In this document: positions 25,447 through 37,678 of the stretch, piece by piece | Layout of the letters: every line of letters starts with the position of its first letter | Position numbering within the stretch: the first letter of the stretch is position 1 | Source of the DNA: Pseudovirgaria hyperparasitica | Taxonomy: Eukaryota | DNA length: 64,000 bases | Assembly: GCA_010093815.1 (NCBI GenBank) | Contig: ML996572.1 | Reading direction: 5' to 3' (one strand) | Made by a program: the position numbers and the translations under genes | The notes under the pieces: generated by a model | What the model saw: only the letters and a program-made list of their open reading frames with translations | Database searches by the model: none | Told to the model about the DNA's origin: nothing

Positions 25447-27183
25447 TCAGAAAGAGCTGTTGCTGACTTGATAACACACACTGATAATGCGAGAAATATT
25501 TCCAATAATACCCACAAGGAAGATATTAGCACCTTTCAGCAGTCGACGCTGTACTGTGCGTACTGCGACGGAACAGCTTTGATCCCAGTTCTTGAATGGT
25601 CCGATGGATGGTAACCTCGACCATCCGAATGGATGAGGTAGCCCATCTAGACGCACTTCAAACACGGTTTGGAAGTCCTAGTGCTGCTGCGGCCCTATAG
25701 TATCGTCGAGCACCGTCGCACTAAGCATTAACGCCATGTACGGTCTCGAGGTTTGAGGTTCACCTCTTATAAAAATAAACATCCGCGAACGGCTCGGGTC
25801 GTCAGCTGGCGTCGACCAGCGCGCCTTCCTATGCGTTGCCATCCTAAATACTACTATGGGGTAGAGATCCCACTACTTATATCCTTGGAGAATGAATCAG
25901 TTCTAAAGAATAAATTCTGCTGACCGACACCAGCCGACCATTCTTGGTATAGACTCGACGCATTAGCACCTTCAGACACCCCGAATGACTACCTACTAAA
26001 CCCGCCAGAGAATCCAGATTTGGCGAATACATTTTCCGCGAGCCTTATGAAATGAGAGGCGAGTTCTATTACCTAGCACAGTGAGAGTTTAAATTCGGGA
26101 GTCCTAGGACCTAGGAGTCCATCAAGTATGCTAGAATCTCCAATATCAATAAGAATGAGCTTGCTATAGGAACCGAGGAGGTAGACGAAGACTTGCTCCA
26201 CTAGGTTTCCTAGCTCGATGTTAGCCGTGTTATTCGGGATACAGACTCCAACGGATTCCAACTAGGAACTCAATGACAAGTCTAAATAGCGAGTATCGGC
26301 GGAAGGCGACGAATGCTGTCTAAAGCGACGTCTGAAGTCCACACTCTTACCGACGTATAGGTACGTCTTATTTGGCTCCCAACGGGTGACGGAGACTAAA
26401 GAAATGTAATGGCGTATATATGTTCCACCAATGCCAGAGGCCGACTGGTTATTAATTTGAAACCGAGACTCGTTGAGGATGTCCGATATCGTAAACCGAG
26501 GCTTATTAAGAGCCTTGTACAAGCCAGCTTACTTAATACCCCGAATGAGTATCTCTGTGATTAATGTAATGGTAAAGCTACCATGCTTTGCTCTTCCTTC
26601 GAGTAGTATCCTGATTTCATCAGTCATGTATGGAGTAGGGTCGCTGTCAATCTGCTGCAACAGTTGTGTTATAGTCCTCCCAAGGACACTCGTGTCTTTG
26701 GAGTTAATCAGGGGTCCTGGAACCGAGCGAACCGGGGCGCGAGACCCTACTAACTTCATCTTGAAGGTCCATTCATTCATATCTAGCTTCCGTATCTTTC
26801 CCTTGTCAATCACGCTCGCTGGCACCCACGAGTTTCCCGACCAGATCCCTTTCGAGTATCCTCCTGTCACGCCTTTGATAAAGGTCTTCACGTAGGAGGC
26901 CCTTTCTTCAAGTAGAGAGCCTTGCATGGCCTTTCTAAGCTTCGTATTTTTGCTGGAGTCATTGTAGTCTTGGTTTACCTTACAGCCATACTGCTATATA
27001 ATCCGTTTGTGAGGGCCTTCTCCGGGTATCGGTTTCCCATCCATCAAATCGCTAAAGTCACTTCTGAAGTTGGCTAGAATGCCCACAGACTGGTCAGCCG
27101 GCACGTGCGGCATATTTATGAGGTGTAGGGAGTTCTAGAGTCTCGTAAGTAGCATGTTAAAGACAAACCTAAGCTTCCATACC
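25447..27183 (-). pseudogene. GIY-YIG-like nuclease-domain protein pseudogene
   Basis: Colinear ORF fragments share one frame, joined by about six TAG/TAA stops, with one frameshift near 25858. Motif GTYIRHY...LYVGKSVDFRRRFRQH...LVEQVF. Likely splice acceptor near 27184; the 5' end is lost in RIP-eroded DNA. Confidence 0.7.
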
Positions 27184-27199
27184 TGTATGAGAATTGAGA

Positions 27200-27980
27200 A
27201 GCCGAAAAATAGTAATCAAGGTACGGATTAGAAAGTAGCAGGGCTTAAGAAATAGTAAGGCTCAAAAGGCTACGAGGCCTAAGAAGTAGTAGCTCAGAAG
27301 AGATAATAAAGACCGAGAAGTAGTAAGGTAGAGTCGAGCGGAGGTAGAAGTAAAGGTAAGGTAGAAGTTAACGAAGCGACGTAGAGTAAGGTAGAACTAG
27401 CTCTAATAGAATCATAGAGGCTTAAGAAGGAAAACGAATATTAATGTAGAGTATATATAGAAACTAAGTATAAATTACTAAATGATTCCGTAATAGATAT
27501 ATATTCTTTATTAATATCTTATAACTTTAAAATATTAATTACCCTATTTTTAGAAAGTTTTAATAACTATGTATTATACTAGTTAAACTTCTAGAGCTCT
27601 ATAGACTAATTTATAGATAAAATAAATATAATATATTAAATATCTCTCTTTAGTCATACTAATAGATAATTAAATAGATCTTTATATATCTATAAGCTTA
27701 ATTCTTAGTTATAAAGTCTATTTAAAGAGATAGAGAAGAATCTTTAAATATTCTTAGAAGTTCTTAGAAAAGAATCTATATAAAAATTATATTAGGTTCT
27801 AGAAAAACTATCTTATATCTCTTTCTAAGAAATTAAACCCTCTAATTAAAGACTAAATTAGATATTTAGAGCTTAGAGATTTATAGAATATATTATCTTA
27901 TTACTTTCTATAAGTCTCTATAGATATTATAATATATAGACTTCTATATAGAGATATAGATATAAATCAACTATAAAAGA
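27200..27980. repeat. Heavily RIP-mutated AT-rich relic
   Basis: Very low GC, dense TpA, near absence of CpA/TpG; original identity unreadable. Confidence 0.8.
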
Positions 27981-28160
27981 TCAGGGTAAGAACACACGCC
28001 TGAAATGGAAAATTCTAAGTTTGTCAGCTTCTAGCAAAACGACTGATAAGACAAGCGTGTGGCTAAAAAGCTACGAGGTAACTACGCGCTTGGTATAATT
28101 TTCTTAAATCTATACACTCGGTTTCTCATTTTCGATCTTATCATTGCTATACCACGAGCA

Positions 28161-29128
28161 GCGATGATCAGGTATTTTCCAACAGATCAGCCATGGTTCA
28201 CTGTAAACTTGACGCAAGTCGCGAGGACCCAGCCAGGCGCCTGTCATGAGGTTCAAGAAAGAGAGTGGCGAACATATGGGCCACCGCCACCAAATTTCTG
28301 GGTCGCTCCCATGGGTTCACCGGATGCGACTCAGCAAAGATACTTCGTGTATGGTGACCGTTCTATTCAGGCGGTAGATGAAGGCTTGAAAGAAAACGCT
28401 CAGAAACCAACAAATGCAGTCTACACGTCCAAGTTCGAGGGTAGGGAGTTCTCCAAAGGATTTTCCAAGTTTCACCCATGTTCACCGGAAGGGCGAAACT
28501 CTTACCCTCCACCGAACTTCCAAGAGGAGATGATCTTCGATGTTGAGGATACACCAGGATTCTTTCATCCCCCACTTAAGTATGTTGCTTCTGAAGTGCA
28601 ATGGAACTTCCATGAAAAAAGATGGAACCATGCTTTATCGGCTGCTATGACAGATGCTGGAGAGCCAAAGCTACACCGGAGGCGGTATTGGAGAGATCCG
28701 AAGCATTACTGTCTGACGCGAGATACACGGGAGCCAATTCGTTATGCCTTTCCCATCCCGCTAATCGGGATACAGTCATTTTCAGCGGTGAAGTGGAAGC
28801 TTCTTGTGTTGCTCGCTCTTGTGGTTTCAGCCTAATCATCATTTGCTGCTTGACTCGCGCTGAGGGCATTGGCTGGCAGCGTATCTATGACATGGAAAAT
28901 CGCCCACGCATCTATTCACGCTGGTCGACCGGACCTCAAGCAACGGGAACACCACTGGTACTAATGTGTTTGCCAAGTACACCCTTATCACACGGAGGCG
29001 GCAAGGAGATGCGCAACGTATTTGCCACAGGCTACGCTTTCCGCAAAAGGATGACTGACTGGTTTACCATGAAGCCGACACCAAGGTCAAGCTTTGAGAA
29101 GATACTCAACACAATAAGTCATGAGTAA
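28161..29128 (+). CDS. Orphan hypothetical protein (probably two exons)
   Basis: Stop-free ORF 28059-28835 (first ATG near 28163) plus an overlapping frame to 29128; possible intron from about 28788. Normal GC; no recognised domain. Confidence 0.5.
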
Positions 29129-29129
29129 C

Positions 29130-29640
29130 TATAGACTTTATGATTCCCTTCTACTACTTATCCTACCTCTTACATAGCTATACCGATAACGATGTTAGAA
29201 CTCTCAAGAAACAATTCAGCATAAGCGTAGAGTGTGCAGCATTAGGCAAGTGACCGGTACTAGGGTGGTATGATATTATATTACCGCTTATAGAGGTTAA
29301 TATAGCTATAAGCGAATAGACTTAGTTATCTCCTTATAGTATAGAGAATAAGTAAGCCTATTTATATTAGAGGGGTGAATATTTAAATAGCTAGTAGAGC
29401 TTTTTAATATTTATCCGTCTCTAGTATCACGGATAAATATAGTAATTAACTAGATTCTAGCCCTCTTTACTATGTGAACGTATAAATAAATCGCCCTTTA
29501 GGCTTACTTCCTCCGGCTAGAGGGTCTTATAATATATATACTAAAGGTCTTAAATATATATCTATATTATGGAAGTATATTTCTATATACATTCTTTTAA
29601 AGCTTATATGATATAGAGAGTTCTTCGAACTGGTCATCTG
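29130..29640. repeat. RIP-mutated AT-rich relic
   Basis: Abrupt rise in TpA and AT content directly after the orphan ORF. Confidence 0.7.
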
Positions 29641-30960
29641 TATATATGAACGTCCGCTCCATGATTACTCTCATGTTTCTCTTTCGATGCATGTTCATGG
29701 TACCTATGTCGAACGGAGGAGCAACGTCTGGAATTCGTACCTAGATGCTCTTTCCGACGTCGTTTTGCGGCCATATATAGTGTTCTGCTGTGTCTCCGTG
29801 AGGCCTACCGAATATAACCACACGCTTACATATCTCATAAGATCTGTACCGACAACACATCTGCCCAGTAACGCCAGGGTAAGGACCTGTTTCAGACCCG
29901 CAGTATAATCAGAACGGACTCAAACCAGGGGACACCTCTTGCTCAGTCAAACAAATCTACCAATTCAAAGAAGAAATGAGGAATATACAAGCCCACTTTA
30001 TTCCGGCCTGCCGCATGTCATGCGAGCGTTACACGGTTACACCCCTAGGAAAACAAGAAAGTCCAGTTCAGAATCCGAACAATTCCAGGGAAAGCCCCTG
30101 CACAACGCACTATGATCCTAGACTCAAAAAGCTCAGCGGAAGCATTGTATTGTCTTCGTGAGAACAGTGCACGGTACCTGGCAAAGGATGTACATAATTC
30201 ACTTTGCGACCAAGTATATACCATAGGTAGTGGCTGTAACGCACAAAGTAAGGTACACTGGACAACGTTGTGGTCGTGTGTGTCATGCCTAGCTCCGGGA
30301 TGATATCTTGTCTAGCCTCCTGATTCATAATTTTTGTGTTTGCTATGTTCCCGACACCCTTTCTGTTTGACGAGTAATGTAGTGCTATGGAGGAGCATAA
30401 GTTGCAGGTCTATCTTTCGTAGTAGTTTCTGCTCTTCTTGTGCTGACGATGCTGGACTGGGTCGACGAACGGAGTCCTAGATGTGAGATGGGAACGGTGA
30501 ATATCGTGTCGTAGATAGCTGTGACAACGGAAAGTTACCAATCAGCATTGTGCGCATTCCTATGTTGTTCTGTACTATATATCTGTCATCTTTAAGACCT
30601 GCAGTGGTATTGCAGGTGCCTTTCGGTCCCATATCATCTCTAAAACGACTGATATACGTGGCTAAGACTTTATCAATATAGCTATATGGGCCTACCTTCT
30701 ACAGGACTACCAGAAAGTTAGCGGTTACTAGTGGGCCATGCCTGTTTCAGACGAGGCTGGCAAAGAGCGGAGATGGCGGATGCAGAGATTCGGTACACTA
30801 ATCCCAGCCAGACGCATGGCAGAACTAATATCCACCTATAGTCTAGGCAAGTCTTTGTCGCATTTTGGGCAAAAAAAGAACAGTGATATTCCTTGCGTGA
30901 AAACCGCTTTGTTAGTTGCCGCGTACAGGTACCGTACCGTACCGTTACCATCCATTCAAT

Positions 30961-32053
30961 TCACTGCGCCGAAATCGCTCTGCCCCCTCGTCTGAATCTT
31001 GGTAGTTGGCGCACGACCCCCTTGATCTCGTGCCGTGTCCTCGCATTCTCCTTCAGCGGCCAACTAACAAGCACTTCAAACACCTTCCGAGTCTGGACTG
31101 CCTTCAGCGGCAACAGCATGTCGTCTTCAGAATCCGTAAAGTAGCCCTCCGGATCCAAAACTCCCCATAGGCGCATACGACAGAGCCGCACTCTCAGCAC
31201 GTCGAGGTTGGGCATCCTCCCAAAGGCCCGCCAGACGCATACCCAGTGCTCGTCCACATATCGCCACGCGTGTTCTGGTCCTGGGTTGTATTTGGGGACT
31301 AGGTTAATGCTGTCCCATTTGAATGTGACGTGTCGGATGTTAGCAAGGCGATTGGGAATTATGGCCTTTGGCAGGCTTGAGACTGCGCGGGATGCAAACC
31401 AGTAATCCCAGAACTCGATATGATTTGACCCATATACGTGTGGTATGGCCTCATGATATCTGGAAATTTAGGTCAGCACGCTTGCTTACCATTGCGAACC
31501 GTCCGAGACAGTACATAATCTAGACATATAAAATGGGCGAATAGATGACATGAACATACACTCGTCGACAAGTCTGTAGAATCGGCAGAAAAGAGAGACC
31601 TGCGGGATCAAACACGCACAGGAAGCCCAACTTGCAGGCCTGCTTTGTTTCGCGAAGCACTGGATCGTACACATTTTGACAAACACCTGCTATTAGCTTT
31701 CCATTGCAAAGACGAAAGTGCAAACGGCGATTGCCAAGTGCATAGAACCATATCTGATTCCTGACCTCGGGAGGCAGCTTTTGGAACAGAGGAGAGCTCT
31801 TTTGCGGGTTTGTCCGCTTCAACTGCTGGGTAGATGTGATAGAGAGTTTGCGCTTTCGCTTTCGTGGCTGTTTACGCTTTGACGAAAGTGCTGTACCGGG
31901 CGGTGGCATGACTCCCTCTGCGAAGGCTCGTGTCTGGAATCTGTCATAGAACGCTTGGATGGAGTGGCCCAAGGATTGGATGATATCGATGGGAACCCTC
32001 ATTATACCAAGGATTCGGGATGTGAGCTTGCAATTTGGTGGTCGCAAAGCCAT
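30961..32053 (-). CDS. Conserved fungal hypothetical protein with F-box-like N-terminal motif (DUF7730-like from memory)
   Basis: QKSSPLFQKLPPEVRNQIWFYALG...LPILQTCRRV/YHEAIPHVYGSNHIEF...RLANIRHVTF...W...MPNLDVLRV. Intron 31460-31559. Confidence 0.82.
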
Positions 32054-32689
32054 GGTGGTCGTAAAGGGGATGATGCACCGGGGCGACGGAGAAATGGTAA
32101 GTGCATCAACGGGCTTTCACGCTGTGAATATATCAAAGAGTGAGACAGTTCTATGTTTTCTAAGGACTTCTTTTTAGGTCTACGGACGTCTTATAACCGC
32201 CTGATCCGTAGTATTCCGGTGACTGATACGTCTAGCAGACATGCAGTGGCTGGATGGCGCCATATTATCGAGGACGAAAGGCTTTGCCGGTGCATAGGTG
32301 GCTATGTTTTGTTTCAGAGTACCAGTCCATAGTATTCCGGACCATGTCAGGCTCTTGGCGACCGGCTACGAGATTTGATAGATAGATAACAGCACGGTGT
32401 TACTGTGGGTAGATAGATTGTGCTTTCGCCAGGACTTGCACCCTCGAGATCTATCGATTTGTGTATCATATGACGTGACAATGTAGCTGGGATCCCATAT
32501 TGTCTAGGCGAGACAGATTTACACAACTAAAGGAATTGATCGAATGTTGATAAGAGGATGAAGGAGGAAAAGGAGCCGACGGTTTCGTTCACCAGAGGTC
32601 CGTGCACCAGCCCACCACGCTTAAACCCGATGTGTATTAAGCTTATTTGCACCACATCCCAACTCCCTGAACCATAACATACACACAAG

Positions 32690-33937
32690 ATGACAACAAC
32701 GCCTGGGTCTACCACAAGCTTCACATCTGTCCCAATACTGGACCTCGCACAAGCCAATGACCCAGCAGCGAAGCCAAATCTCTTGAAGCAGCTTCGCTTC
32801 GCTCTGACCGAGATCGGATTCCTGTATATCAAAAATCATGGCGTTCCCAGCGAAATCATATCAGATCTTGTGCACACAATGTCAAACATGTTTGACTTAT
32901 CTCAGGTTGAAAAGTCTAGGGTAGCTTTGGAGAACTCGCCGCATTTTCTTGGCTATAGCGGCGAAGGCTCTGAGACGACTGGTGGTCGGACGGATAATAG
33001 AGAGCAGTATGAGTTTGCGACCGAGCTTGAGGATCGATGGACAGAGGGAATGCCATTATATGAAAGGCTGAAAGGGCCTTGTCAAGTAAGTGCGCTTATC
33101 GTGTTGTTTTTTGAGCGACAAGTTTGTGATGATACTCTGCTCCTCCTCCATGCAAGATAGTTTGCCGTGCTTTATATCAATCTATGCCATATCCTCAACG
33201 CCAAAGTGGTCCACGAATGGCTCGTTCTCTGGGCTCACAACATCCACGATTTTGACACCTAGCAGTATCCAGCCACATCGCCACCAAGCCAACCCATCAT
33301 CGAGTCATACATCTCACACATCACCACTCTCTCAACCAACTTCCTCACCCTCGTCGCACAATGCCTCGATCTCCCACCACTCACATTCCACTCCTACCTC
33401 TCCAACCAACACCGTCTCAAGCTCGTACACTACCCACCATCATCCACTCCCTCCCAAGGCGTCGGACCACACAAAGACTCCTCCGGCTGGTTCACCTTCC
33501 TCCTCCAAGCCTCCCCCTCTATCGGCGGCCTGCAGGCACTCAATAAAGCCGGCCAATGGATCGACATCCCAGCCATCCCCGACACATTCGTCGTCAACAT
33601 CGGACAAGCATTCGAAGTCATCACGCACGGGGTATGCAAAGCAACCACACATCGCGTATTAAGCCAAACGGCGGAACGCTACAGCGTCCCGTTCTTTCAG
33701 GGGGTGAGGCTGGATCTGACGAAACGGGAGGCGTTGGACGGGCTGCGAACGCACTTTGAGACGTGGGAAAGCAGAGGCGGGGAAAGCGCGGAGGGAAGGG
33801 AGATCGATAGTGCGTTTCTGCAAGGTCGATATGATACGTGGGGGGAGAGTCAGTTGAGGACGAAGATTAGGAGTCATAGGGGTGTCGGCAGGAAGTTCTA
33901 TGCGGACGTATATGAGCGCTACGTTAACGAGGATTGA
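32690..33937 (+). CDS. 2-oxoglutarate/Fe(II) dioxygenase (isopenicillin-N-synthase-like)
   Basis: VPILDL, GFLYIKNHGV, HxD motif VGPHKDSSGW, ATTHRV, RYSVPFF. Intron 33086-33265. Confidence 0.93.
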
Positions 33938-35342
33938 TATGAGTTATGTGATGTGGGTTTCTTTTGACAGCTTCTACTTCTATTATAAGTGCTTAATGGC
34001 GTGTACTGAGGGATAGTAGAGTAGATGCATGACAGCAGGAATGCAGAGAAGGAACTTGGCTTGGATGTAGCTACTAGTGGGATTGGAGGCCGTTAGAAAT
34101 TATGATCCGGGAACATACTACCATTGGATGTATTCATAGAAGGACTGCGCCAGACCGCCCAAAGAGCCCAGTAACAGAGGCTTCCACATAATCACACCAG
34201 GCATCCATCATGCACAACAAAGAGTCAATCTCAATCCAGCACCTTCAAATGAGTAACATAAAGAGTAACAGCAGACGTCGAAACCATCCCTCTGTCCCAC
34301 GTGATCAAAAGGTCCTCAAACCACAGAGCCCTAAATCCGATACTTGTCCTCTTCGATACGATACAGGTCGGACAGTGCGTCAAGATACATCTCGGTCGGC
34401 TCAGTGGCCGCTACCGACCACAACACGGATACTAAAGCCTTCAAATACACGCTTGACCGGACCCGTGCGACGGATTAGATGATCTGAGACTGAGATGTTG
34501 CACTGATGGTGCCGCGAGGTAGAAGTGGTGACACGAAAAAGCCGTACACGTAACGCACGCAGATGACGAATTATAGGCTAGTAAAAGATAACGCTGCAGT
34601 GCACGGTACTAAGTGGAAGTACTTAGCAGGCTGTGTGCGCTATATGCCAATGGTGAAACGAGGCTGAGATCAAAGAGGGCGCCCATTTGGATACACACGA
34701 CATTGATTGGAAGCTCTGACCATGAAATATGACACGAGCGTATGACCGCATTTAGCATTGCCTCATGAGGCCACAATACATCAATCATGATCTCTTAAAA
34801 TTTGCTCTTGAAAGCTGCAGTCTCTACATACACAGATGATGGATATAGTGCAACGCACAAGCAACGCTAAGATTGATATCATTGAAACTAGAGATTTGGG
34901 AGCTAGTCGATGGATAGCGACTTGGTTTGGGGAACATAGAAGGCTGTGCGGCAGGTAGCCTCGGAATTGGAGATCGCGGATGTCGGAGTGGACAGAACAT
35001 GAATGCGCTCTGAACGAGTGGGGGCCGATTCGAAGCGGGAAGGAAAGTTGCCGAGGATGTGGGGAAAGTAGTGAAGATTCGGGGGGAGCGCAGTCGTGAA
35101 AGGAAGTGATCCATCCGGTAGGGAGCGGCGGAGGCAGGAAGATAAGGTCATGGAGCTTAGATGATGCGGCTACCGGTAGTGGGAGATTGTAGACGCCAAT
35201 ATTGAAGTGAATAAGTCATGAATTTTGTTTCGCCTAGGATTCAAAAGGTGGTGTAAGCCGGGACGAGGTAAAAGGGTGCGGATCGTGGTAGAGAAGAGTA
35301 ATGTGTTTTGGTTGTAACACGTCCTCGAGTCGCTCATGGTCT

Positions 35343-36542
35343 TCACTCCTGGCTTCCCTGGCTGCGGCGCATCTTCTCGGCTTCCAAATTCTCGTACAGC
35401 AGGTAAAGAGCCTTCTCGTTGCTGCTTGCGCTACCCGTGATGGTGAACATGCGCTCACCAGAGTCATCATGTGGAGCCTTGGCGATGGAAATACGAGCTC
35501 CAGAAGATTTCCGAATCTCGCTAATCTTGCTTCCGCCTCTGCCAATGATACAGCCTACCATGTCGGAAGGGATGCTGATGTTCTGCGTCTGGATTTCCTC
35601 GCCATCCTCGGTGGTAGTGGGTGGAGGAGGCCTGTTGGCAGCATCAGAGGCAGAGCGACGGTTATAGGTCGGTTGTGGATCGCTGAAGTCGGCGCCATGT
35701 CCCGTGCGGTTGTAAGAGCTCCTGCCGCCAGTGGGAGCGGCCCCAGTTGCGGGACCACCGTTGCTGATGGGCCCAGCTCCAGCAGAGACTCTAACAGCGG
35801 GGTTGTACAGAACAGTTCCATAGCCGCGCTCGCTGTCGTCAATCAGACACTTTCCGATCTCCCAGACAGCTTTCTCGATCCCCTCTGGAGTGCCTTGTAC
35901 CTCGACAACGCGTTCAGTGGATTGGGGAAGCATCTCTTTCTGGGCAACCATACGGACACCAGAGATATCTTGAATCTGCTTGATCTTGAGACCTTGGCGG
36001 CCAATGATAGTTCCCATCTGATTGTGTGATATGAGAAGGCGCACAGCTGAAGAATGTCAGTGCTGACCTGTTGGATATATGATGAGGCTCAAGGACACTG
36101 CGATTACTCGGAGAGCATGAGCCACACGTTAATCTTGGGACGACGTACGATGAGTTCCATTGTTGTTGATGATCCCACCCATACCCATCTGAGGAGCTCC
36201 ATCAAGCAGGCCCTTGGAAACGATAAGATAAGCCTTTGCGATACCGCGAAGAGCGCCAGTGACGGTAAGAACGCGGTCGTGAACACCAGGTACGACCTTG
36301 CTAACGCCAGCACGCACTCCAGTTTGATCGCGAAGATCAGCTACATTCTTGCCAGCCTTGCCGATGATGACACCAGCTTCCTTGGAAGAGACAATGGCAC
36401 GGAGAGTCAGCTGCGACTCGGCGTACTCCTCCTCGGTGCGTTGTATAGGTTCTCCGTCGGGCCCTTCATTGGTGTTCAAGCGACCGAATTGTTGGTTGAA
36501 GTCTCCAACATCTTGGGACGAGATACCTTCCTCAACAGACAT
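35343..36542 (-). CDS. rnc1: Triple-KH-domain RNA-binding protein (Rnc1/Pbp2/PCBP-like)
   Basis: Three KH motifs: GVIIGKAGKNV, GTIIGRQGLKI, GCIIGRGGSKI. Intron 36047-36148; probable 5'-UTR intron upstream. Confidence 0.92.
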
Positions 36543-37678
36543 GATAGAAGGGACGGGAAGAATTATGCTGGGCAATAGGTGTCAGCGCGAAGCTCGCACA
36601 AAGCGCGCTCAGTGTATCCGAGTGGACGCGTGAAGAGGGCCATGAGGGAAAGAAAAGCTCAAACTGATTGAAAGTAGAAAAAAAGCTGCGCAATGGATGG
36701 AGACACATCGCAATCAGTCCAAGATATAATTTGATCCATTATAGCTTGGCTTGGGCGATGAAAGATTGCAGTACTCACAAGATTGGTGCGGAAGTGGCGG
36801 AGAGACGACAAAGGTGGTTTGGGAGAACTGGAAGAGGTCGGACGAAGAGCGAGCAAGAAGAAAGGTTGGCGGGAAGAGGTGGAGAGGTGGAGGAGTGAGG
36901 ATGGGTGATGGAGAGAGGCGGACGGGAATGCGAAAGTGACGGTGTTTGTTGTGATCAAAGGTAGACAGAGGAAGGGTTGAGGGTTGACTGAGTGGAATAT
37001 TTGGGAAAGAGGGGACGCCGCTTCCACACAACAGCTGGCGAGTGGTGCGGTGGAGCTTTAGCGAGCTTTTTGCGGGTGGTTCACAGGGTCTGATGGATCG
37101 CCCGCTGTGATTGGCGTTGGCCTGGACATCCGCAAATTGATACTGTAGATTATTCTCTATTATTATTCCTTGCGGTTCAACACGCACACTTTTTTTTGCT
37201 TGCATCTGAATTTGTGTTCTTGAATCCTGCACTGTTGGACCTGCCCAGGAGGTTGATTGAGGTTGAGGTTGACGAGCACGCAGCAGTCATGACGCCGAAA
37301 GCATTCCTCCTGCAAACAACGGGGCTTGCAGCTAACTCCCACTTTCTGATCCTCCTCTTACTTTCAGCCTCGTTCTCCGCTTCTACGCCTCTTCATCGGC
37401 TTCTCCTCCTCCTCTTCCTTCGTCTGTTGTGGGGAAAAGCAAAAGCAGAAGCAAAAGTAGCCCGAAAACATGCCCCGCGCTAAGACTAAACCGAACTGAA
37501 GCTATCCCGCATGTAGCTACTACTCATACACTCCGCTGGAATGTGATAAACATTCCATAGGATGTATTACATCCCATCTTCTTGGCATTGAATGCGACTC
37601 GCTCGATCCCACTCCAGACTACTTACACGACCTAGATTAACTCGTGCAGACCGTCACTGGATCTTGAGATCTAATCTG

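Noticed and set aside
25523..25975. Near-identical 14-15-mer ATTAGCACCTT(T)CAG at about 25523 and 25962
   Set aside because: Could mark a microhomology rearrangement at the pseudogene end, but it is too short to distinguish from chance.
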